A stretch of 64,000 bases of DNA from Squalus acanthias (taxonomy: Eukaryota): positions 136,588,001 through 136,652,000 of the forward strand of contig CM059432.1 of NCBI GenBank assembly GCA_030390025.1. The letters are read 5' to 3'. The first letter of the stretch is position 1, and each line of letters begins with the position of its first letter. Under the pieces are notes generated by a model that was given only the letters and a program-made list of their open reading frames with translations, made no database searches and was not told the origin of the DNA. This document shows, piece after piece, positions 1 to 10,530 of this stretch. The position numbers and the translations under genes are program-made.

Positions 1-206
1 TGTGATTAATATCTCTAAGATTCAATTCAATGAAAATGTATGGCATGTTTGAAAACAGGAATGAAGGCCAAGAGAACTTACCTTTGTGCCCAAGGGTGGC
101 TTTAGCTCAGGCTTCTGAGTGCATTCTTGGCCTTGTGACTATCAGTGAAACTCGGATTAAGCTGAATCCAAATGTTTTGGCATTCTCAGTTTGAGTCAGC
201 TTTCCA

Positions 207-404
207 AAAGCAAAAGCAAAATACTGCGGATGCTGGAAATCTGAAATGAAAACAGAAAATGTTGGAAGCACTCAGCAGGTCAGGCAGCATTTATGGAGAG
301 AGATGGTTTCATGAAAGATCATCGGCCTGAAACGCTAACTCTGTTTCTCTCTCCACAGATTGCTGACTGACCTGCTGAGTGTTTCCAGCATTTTCTCTTT
401 ATTA
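207..404. mobile_element. Penelope-like 3' terminus (pLTR) inverted pair, degraded
   Basis: Left arm gcaaaatactgcggatgctggaaatctgaaat..cagcaggtcaggcagcat and right arm tgactgacctgctgagtgtttccagcattttct are inverted; same sequence terminates the PLE at 3996-4100 and 7580-7678. Hammerhead remnant atgaaagatcatcggcctgaaacgc. Confidence 0.8.
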
Positions 405-683
405 TTCCAAAGTCAAAGTTTGGATCATCAGAAACAAAAAATAGGGGTTTTACAGCCTGAATTCCAATACTAAGACTCGGTCCTTTATCAATGCACACTA
501 GGTATAATTTTAGATTGCATTTTAAATTATATGATTTCATGAAAGATAGCCCAGTATCTGATTTATAAATCCGTTCTTTGTAGCTTTGCTTGTCTAGTAA
601 TTTTCCTCACCTATTAATGTCTACAGGTATCTGGGACTCATTTAACAATTGCATTCTCTAAATATTTGTTTTCAAAATATAAT

Positions 684-1438
684 GGCCCGTATTTTCCAAT
701 CCCTACGGGTGTGTACGCGCTGTGTACACACCCGTAGGGACATCGGAAATGCCGGTTTCAGGCATGCCAAGCACATGCGCTGAAAACCAGCATTTCCGAT
801 CTGTCAAGAATCCTCTTGACAGATCCTCCGCCTGCCCTGGAGAAGGGCCTCTGCGGGTGGAGAGTTCCACTTTCTGCAGAACCTCCGCCCGCTGAAATCA
901 CTTAAAAATCTTATGCCTGGTAAAAGCGTAAGGCCTGCTTTTACCAGCATAAGAGCTTACAAAAGTTAAAAAAATAATTTTTTTCCACTCATTTAAAATT
1001 TAAAAATACTTTTAAAAAAGGTAAGTTTATTTTTAGCCCCGTAAAAAACTTTAATTATTTTTTTCAAAAAATTACATTTTTGTTTAAAATATTTAATTTA
1101 ATATAATTTTAACTAAGTTTAAAAACGTGATGGTTTTTTAATAATGTATTTAATGTTTTGATGTCTTTTTTCAGTGATCCCCATTCATACTTTTGACGCG
1201 TCTATCTGTCAAAAGTATGAAGGGGATTCCCTTCCCCCATTGACTGCCTGGCCCACATGATCCCAGGGACGGTTGTGAACCGCCTGCGCCCCGGGATACG
1301 TGGGCCCTGCGCATTTCGTCGTGGAGAGGCCCAGGATCGGAAATGGCCGGACCTCTGGAGCCCTCAGGTAAGGGCGTAGATTTTTTCCCGATAAGAGTTA
1401 TCCGCACGCAGGAAGCCTCCTATCGGAAATTACAGGCC
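684..1438. mobile_element. Non-autonomous PIF/Harbinger-type MITE (family A, copy 1)
   Basis: TIRs GGCCCGTATTTTCC / GGAAATTACAGGCC; 3-bp TSD AAT (681-683, 1439-1441); GC-rich ends, AT-rich centre; homologous to 36612-37328. Confidence 0.8.
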
Positions 1439-3694
1439 AATCGATCTTAAATTAAACTGGGACATTTATCTTTAATCTATATAACCCTCCCTCCAGAAAA
1501 AGACCGTGTGTATTGACACCACTGTGTCAGCCAATGAGTTGGAGGTGGGGCGGGACTTACCGCAAACAGAGCCTATTTATTTCAGCAAACAGAATCTATT
1601 TAACCAGAGTCTCTATGAACTACAGCAAACAGAACTCATGACCGAAACTACAGCAAGGTCTCCTGAAAAATGCAGAATTATTTCTCCAGAAAAATGTAGC
1701 GAGTGGAGAATAGTTACATAATATCAATAGGCATAAAATCAATCCCAGTCACTTGCAGCAGTACAGTTTCGGGGGGGGGGAGGGGATTACCCAATCATCT
1801 CCATTCTGGCCGGCATGGTGTAACTATATGTCGCCCCCCAAAAAATTACTTTTCTTTTTGTGAGGGAATAGGGTTAATTAACCAAGAGTTTCTCTCTTGG
1901 AAGCGGGAGAATCCTGTATGTAAACAGTAGCCAGTCAGTGAAGGAAATATATCTGTGCACATTTGAGTTCACTACAATTCTTGCAATAAAGCCATACAAT
2001 GGACAATTTCACACGTGAGACCTTTATAGAACACGGTTGTCACGAAGAGCTCATCTTTCAAACTGTTCATGAAGTCGACATTTATTTTACATTTCTTACG
2101 CCAAGCTGACTTGTGTTTGCATGTAGTCATTCTCACTAGAAATTCCTGTTGGCAATCGACGTGTAAAGCCTTGCGTCTAAATTTATTTTTCTTGAAATCA
2201 ATACTTGATTATTGTGCTGCGAGATGCAAAACAAAATTGTCCTAAACCAAAAAAAAGTCGGCTTTTTTTTTTTAACCCCTCCCCCCCCCCCCAGGAGCCA
2301 AATTCATCTAAAATTGTAATAGCCCCGGCTTGTAGAGTGATCATTTGCAAATAAAAGCAATCAATAGGCAGCAAACTGTCCCCAATCAGCTGAAAAACAA
2401 GCAGAATGACATTCCATTATCCTGTCAGACATTTTGAAATCAAAGACACCGGCCCTCAAAGGGACATTGCTCTAACCGTCTCCTCCCCCTGACTGGGATC
2501 ATCTTCCTTCGCATCTGATGTAAAATTAGCTCCCAGCTTAAAAATGCTGCACAGAAAAAAAAGTGTACACTACAATTTCCAGACAAGATTTTACATGTCA
2601 TAACATCATGTTCCTTCATTCGCAGAGAGGAAGGGCTCCCTGCTGTGACGGCCTGGTGTCACTCCAACTCCACGACAGCCCATTCTCGGTAGACAGCCCT
2701 GTCAGAGATTCAGAGATGTCCGAATGTACCAGTGAAATTAACTTCTGTTACTCTGACATCTCCCACAATCAATACTCACAGGGTCCTTGTCTCCAAGATC
2801 AAAATTCATAAATCAAAAGCAGAGAGCATGAAATAAGGTATTTGATAAATCCATTAACTAGAGTACAGGTACACTTCTACTCTCCACCTCAAAACCTGCT
2901 GGAAGGCTTTTGAAAGCAAACTTAGCAGATTTAATTCAAACTAAAAAGGGGGAAAAATACGGTGGTAATTAGTGGGATTTCTTTAGTTTTTTTTTGTCCT
3001 TAAACCCGCGGTAAATGCTGTTACCTTCTTTATTCAATTGTAAATCAAAAATGATATCTCTCTTGTTTAACCCTACACCTGAAGCTCAGTCAAGAGTGGT
3101 TTTAATTGCGTTTAGTTTGTCAGCATTACAGATTGCCAGCCGCCTGTGAGAGGTGCGTTCTGCTCAGGTGCCGATCTTCCAGTTTTGCGCTCATGTCTCG
3201 TAATTGAATATCGGGAGATACAGAAGTTTTCTAGCTTGAGATAAGATTTAAGATTATTTCTGATAAGATCATGTCCTCTTTAATACTGGGTCCATGCAGC
3301 TGCCCAATCTATTTAGATCAAGTTCCATGAATAACATCATTGGAAACATCGTGTATGTAATTAGGTGGAGTCAGTGAGCACTTGGCAACAAATCAAATTC
3401 TGAATTCAAAGTGACTAGAATTGGTAAATATCTAAATTCTGCCCATTTTAAGTCACCTCGGAGCTGGCACGCTCTATCCTGTGTGTTTTTCTTTAAAGGA
3501 GATGGATACATTTTCTGTTTCCCATCAACATGATGGGTGGTAGGTGAATAGCTGTTATTCGTGGCTTGAAGCACAGCGACCAAATTTATATGATGGCTTG
3601 TTGTAACATTTTCTTTGAATTCAATTTATTTTAACTAACTTTAGTGTAGTTGAGGGGATAATCTGATTTTTAATGGCCTAATAATTCATGGGGC

Positions 3695-3765
3695 TGAGCC
3701 TGTGGCTTCGTGGTAGTGTTGCCACTTCTGAGTGAGAAGGTGAAGGGTTCAATCCCTACTCCAGA
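3695..3765 (+). mobile_element. tRNA-derived SINE head fragment
   Basis: tgtggcttcgtggtag (A-box-like) and gggttcaatccc (B-box); resembles the DeuSINE heads elsewhere in the window. Confidence 0.55.
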
Positions 3766-4060
3766 CAGCCCCAGCGAGTGACGAGTGGTCTCCAAGTATT
3801 GGGTTGATGTCCAGTCCGGGTATTTCGCCGTATTGGTGAAGGTGGTTGCACTGGCGGCGGGAGCGCACGTTGGGAGCATTCAAAGGTGGGAATAATTTAT
3901 TTCAATTCGGGTCCTGCGCTTCTTGTTCGATTTTACAAAGGCCCCGGCGCTTCACTTTCAGCGTGCTGAACTCACACAACACAACATGGTACCAAAAATA
4001 ACAACAGAAAACGCTGGAAAAACTCAGCAGGCCAGGCAGCATCCGTGGAGAGAGAAAGAG

Positions 4061-4097
4061 AGTTGACGTTTCAGGTCGATGACCTTTCATCAGAACT
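4061..4097 (-). ncRNA. Minimal type I hammerhead ribozyme, core intact
   Basis: Minus strand reads AGUU-CUGAUGA-A-AGGUC-auc-GACCU-GAAA-CG-UC-AACU: helix I AGUU/AACU, helix II AGGUC/GACCU, palindromic ACGU helix III, GUC triplet. Confidence 0.8.
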
Positions 4098-4373
4098 GGG
4101 AAGAGCTGGAAATCAAATAGATTTAAGGCCAGGGTAAAGCTGGGAAAAGGGGGAGGGGATAAAGGAACAAAGGAGGAGATGAAGAGACATTAAGAGACAT
4201 TAAGAGATATGCAAGGCTAGAGGTGGTGTTAATGTGACAGATTAAGGCTGAATGAAGTGTGAAATCTACTGGCAGAATGAAGGACAGCTGCCAGCTTCTA
4301 GGAGGAAAAAAAAGGTGGGGGGGACAAATAAAAGGGTAGATAAAATAAAATATAAATGTGATTGGAGCTGAGG

Positions 4374-5649
4374 TTATGATCTAAAATTGTTGAACTCGAT
4401 ATTGAGTCCAGAGGGCTGTAGCGTGCCTAAACGAAAGATGAGGTGCTGTTCCTCGAGCTTACGCTGAGCTTCCGTGGAACAGTGTATTAGGCCGAGGACG
4501 GTGAGGTCAGAGTGGGAGTGAAGCGGTGAATTAAAGTGACAGGCCACCGGGAGCTCGGGGTCCCCCTTACGGACTGAACGGAGGTGTTCCGCAAAGCGGT
4601 CACCCAATCTGCGTTTGGTCTCCCCAATGTAGAGGAGTCCACATCGTGAGCAGCGAATACAGTATACTAAATTGCAGGAAGTACAAGTAAATCGCTGTTT
4701 CACCTGGAAGGGGTGTTTGGGGCCCTGGACAGTGGGAAGAGGGGAGGTATAAGGGCATGTGTTGCATCTCCTGCGCGTGCACGGGAAGGTGCCGGGCGAA
4801 GGGGAAGGGGTGCTGGGGGTGGTAGAGGAGTGGACTAGGGTGTCGCGGAGGGAGCGGTCCCTGCGGAATGCTGAAAGGGGAGGTGAGGGGAAGATGTGTT
4901 TGGTGGTGGGATCACGCTGGAGGTGGCGGAAATGGCGGAGGATGATCCGTTGAATGTGGAGGCTGGTGGGGTGAAAGGTGAGGACAAGGGGAACCCTATC
5001 GTGGTTCCGGGAGGGAGGGGCAGGGGTGAGGGCAGATGTGCGGGAGATAGAACGGACACGGTCGAGGGCCGTGTCGACCACGGTAGAGGGGAATCCTCGG
5101 TTGAGGAAAAAGGAAGACATGTCGGAAGCACTGGTATGGAAGGTGGCATCATCAGAGCAGATGCGGCGGAGACGGAGAAACTGGGAGAATGGAATAGAGT
5201 CCTTACAGGAGGCGGGGTGGGAGGAAGTGTAGTCCAGGTAGCTGTGGGAGTCGGTGGGCTTGTAGTGAATGTTAGTCAATAACCTATCCCCAGAGATGGA
5301 GATGGAGAAGTCGAGGAAGGGAAGAGAAGAGTCGGAGATGGACCATGTGAAGGTGAGGGAAGGGTGGAAATTGGAAGCATAGTGAATGAAATGTTCTAGT
5401 TCAGGGCGAGAGCAGGAGACGGCACCGATACAGTCATCAATGTACCGGAAAAAGAGGTGAGGGAGGGGACCCGAGTAGGACTGGAACAAAGAGTGTTCCA
5501 CATATCCCACGAAAAGGCAGGCATAGCTAGGACCCATGCGGGTACCCATAGCAACACCTTTAATTTGGAGGAAATGGGTAGAGTCAAAGGAGAAGTTGTT
5601 CAATGTGAGAACAAGTTCAGCCAGGCGGAGGAGGGTGGTGGTGGGTGGT
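4374..5649 (-). CDS. Penelope-like RT (C-terminal half) + GIY-YIG endonuclease, N-terminally truncated
   Basis: Motifs QIKGVAMGTRMGPSYACLF, FRYIDD, LPFLD, YKPTDSHSYL, CTRRRCNTC linker, VYCIRC..LYIGET.RRL..RF.EH, E..LI..LGT..P.GLN. No stop or frameshift. The first ~49 aa of the computed ORF come from the flank and TSD. Confidence 0.9.
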
Positions 5650-6328
5650 ACAACATGGTACCAACTGGCAGGAAGGCCCCTCATACAGGAGTGCGCCTTC
5701 CGACCTCGCGTTAAAAGAATGCAGGTTGATCTGGCCAGCCCACCCCCCCGGCCAGCCCACTGATCCACCAAGACCAGGCTAATGACCGTCCTCACCCCCG
5801 ACCTGAGGCCTGAACTATCCCCTGACCGGGCAACTGATCTCTTCCCCCCCGGAACCTGAGGGCTGCTTCTAGCGTCACAGCAGCCTGATCTTCAGCGACG
5901 TTTTGCTGAGCGAGCTATCTCTCTTATTCTCCGCAGTTTCAATGGAGCCTGTTACACTCCCCATTTCAACCAAGCTCCTTAAGCCATTTAGCAATCCCCC
6001 ATCCATGTTTTACCTCTGATACCCATTCACTTTAGGTTTTTAAGGGAGTCTCTTACGATACGTTATCAAAGGCCCACCTCACATATGCTGGTCAGGCAAG
6101 ATCTGCCTCCTCTAAAATTGTGCTACATTACTTTTATTTTGCTTGATGATTAATTCCGTTCAATTTCTGATTCATAGAGGTGTCGTGTGTGTGGTTGCCA
6201 GGTATGACTTATCACCTGTTCTGAATATAGGAACTACATTTGCCAGTTCTCAGGCTGTTTAAAGAAGAAACGCCTTTCACAACCTCGGGACCTCCAAAGC
6301 GCTTAAGAGTCAATGAAGTACTTTTGAA

Positions 6329-6584
6329 CATAGAAACATAGAAGATAGGAGCAGGAGTAGGCCATTCGGCCCCTCGAGCCTGCTCCGCCATTCGATGAGA
6401 TCATGGCTGATCATCTAAACTCAGTACCCTGTACCTGCCTTCTCCCCATATCCCTTGATACCTTTAGCTTTAAGAAATATATCTAACTCATCCTTGAATA
6501 TATTTAATGACTTCGCCTCAACTACCTTCTGTGGTAGAGAATTCCACAGGTTCACCACTCTCTGGGTGAAGAAATTCTTCCTCA
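6329..6584 (-). mobile_element. CR1 LINE 3' end
   Basis: (catagaaa)n tail, ggagtaggccattcggcccctcgagcctgctccgccattc 3'UTR, FFTQRVVNLWNSLP coding end; TSD tgaa. Confidence 0.9.
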
Positions 6585-6683
6585 TGAAATGTAGTTACTG
6601 TTGTAATGTAGGAAACACACCATCCAATTTGCACACAGCAAGGTCCCACAGATCAACAATAAAATAATGACCAGATCACTAAT

Positions 6684-7678
6684 ACAAAAGCAAAATACTG
6701 CGGATGCTGAAAATCTGAAATAAAAACAGAAAATGCTGGAAATACTCAACAGGTCAGGCAGCATCTGTGGAGAGAGAAACAGAGTTAACGTTTCAGGTCA
6801 ATGACCCTTCGTTGGAACTGATCCCACCACCAAACACATCTGCCCTTCCCCTCCCTTTTCAGCATTCCGCCGGGACCGCTCCCTCCGCGACACCCTGGTC
6901 CACTCCTCAATCACCCCTTCCCACGGCACCTTCCCGTGCAAACGCAGGCGATGCAACACATGCCCCTTTACCTCCTCCCTTCCCACTGTCCAGGGCCCCA
7001 AACACTCCTTCCAGGTGAAACAGTGATTTACTTGTACTTTTTGCAATTCAGTATACTACATTCGCTGCTCACGATGTGGTCTCCTCTACATTGGGGAGAT
7101 CAAATGGAGATTGGGTGACCGCTTTACGGAACACCTCTGTTCAGTCCGTAAGCATAACCCCGAGCTTCCGGTCGCCTGTCACTTTAATTCTCCGCTCCAC
7201 TCCCACTCTGATCTCTTCGTCCTCGGTCTCTTACACTGTTCCAACAAAGCTCAACGTAAACTCAAGGAACAACTCGATTAGGCACTTTACAGCCTTCTGG
7301 ACTCAACATCGAGTTCAACAATTTCAGACCATAACCTCGGCCCCTATTTTTATTCTCACATGGCAGCTGTTGATGATTCTGCCATTCCCACTTACACTTC
7401 ATCTAGAGTCATCTTTTGTTTCTTAACTTGTCCCATTACCATCTCCTTTTGGCTCGCACCATCATCCCTTTTGTCTCTTAATCTCTCCTGCCTTCCATCC
7501 TATCACAGCCCTTCCCTTTTGTTCTTTCTTTCCCTGCCCCTACACGTCCTTAAAAATTTGTCACATCTCTAACTCTTTCTAGTTCTGACAAAGGGTCATC
7601 GACCTGAAACGTTAACACTGATTCTATCTCCACAGATGCTTGACCGGCTGAGTATTTCCAGCATTTTCTGTTTTTATT
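6684..7678 (+). mobile_element. Truncated Penelope-like element with inverted 5' pLTR; GIY-YIG pseudogene
   Basis: 14-bp TSD taatgaccagatca (6665-6678, 7679-7692); 6684-6820 is the inverted terminus; 6820-7330 is homologous to 4374-4915 with stops and indels; both hammerhead cores mutated (CCAACGA, CUGACAA). Confidence 0.9.
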
Positions 7679-8659
7679 TAATGACCAGATCATCTATTTT
7701 TAGTGATGTTGGTTGAGGGATAAATATTGTCCAGGACATGGGGGAGAACTCCCCTGCTCTTCTTCGACTAGAGCCATGGGGTCTTTCATATCCACCTTAG
7801 AAGGCACACGAGGCCTCGGTTTAACGTCTCATCTGAAAAACGGCACCTCCAACAGTGCAGCGCACCCTCAGTACTGCACTAGAGTGCCAGCCTTTTGCAA
7901 CCTCTTCATTGTTTATTGACTCCCTCAATAAGTCAGTGCTTCACAATTCTCCTGCCTTGTTTCTCCCTGGGGTGTATTGGGATTTGGTGGTTTTCAACCC
8001 CTAAGCGTTTGTACAACCTTTGCTTCACTAATGTCAGAGTCCCAAAGCTCGTGTGGCATGTTTGAATTTAGCTTGCACACATATTGTAACTTTTAGTTCC
8101 TGCACAAATATTTAGCCAAGAAATAAATCGAAATGCTGTTCATCTGACAAATGTTACTTACTAACTGTAATTATGGCCCTGAATTTTTGATTGCTTCTTT
8201 GTCCTCCTCCTCATTTCAGACAGTGCATGCACAAGCATTAGAAAACAACTTGTAATCTGGGTGCAAACAAATTACGTGGCTTAAAATATCACGGATTGTT
8301 GGGCGTAAGTGAGTTCATCACGGAACTACAATACTGCCCAAGTCTCCTTGATCTTTTACGCCTGTCCATCAAAACTTCCGTCCAAGCAAATCTCCGCCCA
8401 CAAAACTGGCAACACCCCCAACTCCCAAATGTGGTATCCTCCAATTGCACCTATTCAGGGAGGCCTCTCAGCATTGCGAGCAGATTTTTCAGGTGAAGTC
8501 GGAAAGAAAGCCATTTTCTGGTCTTTTAATTGCAATTTTTGGAGCGTTTATAAAAAAAAAAATCATCCCTACTGAGGCCTGCTTTGTATTATCTGTTTCT
8601 TTTAAAGCATTTATGGCATCAGTATAAGTCATGTTAAAAATTGTTAAGTTTGTCGACAA

Positions 8660-8998
8660 AAATCTATCAATTTCCGTATTGAAATTTTCAATTGACCCCC
8701 AGCCTCAACAGCTTTTTGGGGAGAGAGTTCCAGATTTCCACTACCCTTTGTGTGAAGAAGTACTTCCTGACATCATCCCTGAATGGCCGAGCTCTAATTT
8801 TAAAGTTATGCCCCCTTGTTCTGGACTCCCCCACCAGAGGAAATAGTTTCTCTCTATCTACCCCATCAACTTTAATCATCTTAAACACCTCAATTAGATC
8901 ACCCCTTAATCTTCTATACTCAAGGGAATACAAAGCCTAGTCTCTGCAACCTTTTGCTCACAATTTAACCCTTGTAGCCCTGGTATAATTCTGGTGAT
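8660..8998 (-). mobile_element. CR1 LINE ORF2 C-terminal fragment
   Basis: YSLEYRRLRGDLIEVFK..SRTRGH..FFTQRVVEIWNSLP. Confidence 0.9.
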
Positions 8999-10163
8999 TT
9001 ATGTCAGTTATGAGTTCTGGTATGCTCTAATGAGATTTGGTGGACACTTCAGGCTTTTTTCCACGTTGGCAAAACGAGCGCAGTTTTTGTGCGCAATTTT
9101 GCGGGCAACTTCTGGGTTGCACCCATGGAGGACACTCCAGGTCATTGTATAACTTACAGTAACTACAAGCAGAAGATAATCAACAAGTTGCATTCCAGAA
9201 TATATTTGAAGTACTATACCATTAAATACTTTAGTAAACATTGAAAAGGTTCAGTATCACTGTTGCCTGTATTTGGAGTTTTCCAGCTAGATAGGATCTA
9301 TCTTTAAATATATATATATATCTTATTGTGTTCAAGATATCTGGCAATTGAACATTTGTGTTACTATATATATGCTTTTAGATCAGGCTTAGGTGAAGAC
9401 AAGTCCTCGAAGCTATTCCTTAACCTCAACTTCAGAAAGCACTCCAACTTCTAAGTGGCGTAGCCATTTTAGTGTCAATTTAAGTTTAATTGTGAGCAGT
9501 TTTGTGCTATAGATATATGTCTCTTTAAACCAATACAGACAGGAAACTTTTCTTTTAATCTCAGTCTGGACTGTTTCTAAACTATGCCCCAGAAACATTC
9601 GACACACCCCACATTCACTGGAAAATGACTATAAGTAATGTGGTTGTAGCTATCTCGCAAGTGGTATGAGAACTTTACCGCAAATCTATATAATTGCAGC
9701 TAGCACATGTCCATAGAGTGTGGGAAATGCCTGTAGGGCAAAAGAACATACTGATTGGCTCAGATGTCCAAATTTAAAAACCATTATCATTTTTTGGAGG
9801 AAAAAACACATTTCTTCCATTCACTAAAAAGTAGCCAAGAAGCAACCCGCAGCCATAAAAAAAAACACCAATCAAATCCCTTAACAAAAAGCTTCAAACT
9901 CTTTTTAGTCAAGTTGATTCTCCAGCCACAAAACTACTCCCAACAGTTATAGCATAAGCGCATCAATTAAAACCATTAACTAAAAAAAAGACTGCATGTA
10001 GTGACACCACAAGTCTCGGCCAGACTGGAGATGATTGGGTAATTCCCCCACCTCCTGCTGTACTCTAGAGACTGTTTGCTGTAGTTTCGGTTGAAGTTTG
10101 GAGACTGTCAAGTCCCGCTTCTGCCTTCGGCTCATTGGCTGCCAGTGGAGACAACATTCCCTC

Positions 10164-10530
10164 AGTTAACCATGGCTCAGTCGGTAGCACTCTTGCCTCT
10201 GAATCAGAGGTTGTGGGTTCAAAGGACACTTGAGCATGAAAATCTAGGCTGACACTCCAATGCGGTTAAACTGAGGCCCCGTCTGCCCTCTCAGATCCCA
10301 TTGCACTATTTCGAAGAAGAGCAGGGATGTTGTCCCCGGTGTCCTGGCCAATATTTATCCCTCAATCAACATCGCTAAAACAGATTATCTGGTCATTATC
10401 ACATTGCTGTTTGCAAGTTGGCTGTTGTGTATCCTACTTTACAACGGTGACAGTACTTTATTGGCTGTAAAGCACTTTGTGACGTCCTGAGGTTGTGAAA
10501 GGCGCTATATAAATGCAAGTCTTTTCTTTC
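10164..10530 (+). mobile_element. SacSINE1-like DeuSINE
   Basis: tRNA-like head tggctcagtcggtagc..gggttcaaa; Deu core gtgtcctggccaatatttatccctcaa; L2-like tail ggcgctatataaatgcaagtc. Confidence 0.85.

Larger units (their letters stand above)
3996..5649 (-). mobile_element. Young 5'-truncated Penelope-like retroelement (probably Neptune-type, Cys-rich linker)
   Basis: Perfect 15-bp TSD acaacatggtaccaa (3981-3995, 5650-5664); uninterrupted RT/GIY-YIG frame; 3' terminus carries a hammerhead motif. Confidence 0.93.
6261..7893 (-). mobile_element. SacSINE1-like DeuSINE interrupted by a CR1 fragment and a Penelope-like element
   Basis: Segments 6261-6328, 6585-6678 and 7679-7893 reassemble the SINE seen intact at 59162-59629. 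Confidence 0.85.

Noticed and set aside
5650..5795. N-terminal ~49 aa of the 473-aa ORF as part of a real gene
   Set aside because: It covers the TSD and flank outside the PLE and begins at GTG; it is read-through, not element sequence.
7581..7617. Hammerhead motifs at 7581-7617, 6783-6819, ~310-340 and ~38387-38410 as active ribozymes
   Set aside because: Core nucleotides are mutated or missing (CUGACAA, CCAACGA, truncated CUGA), so they are likely dead.
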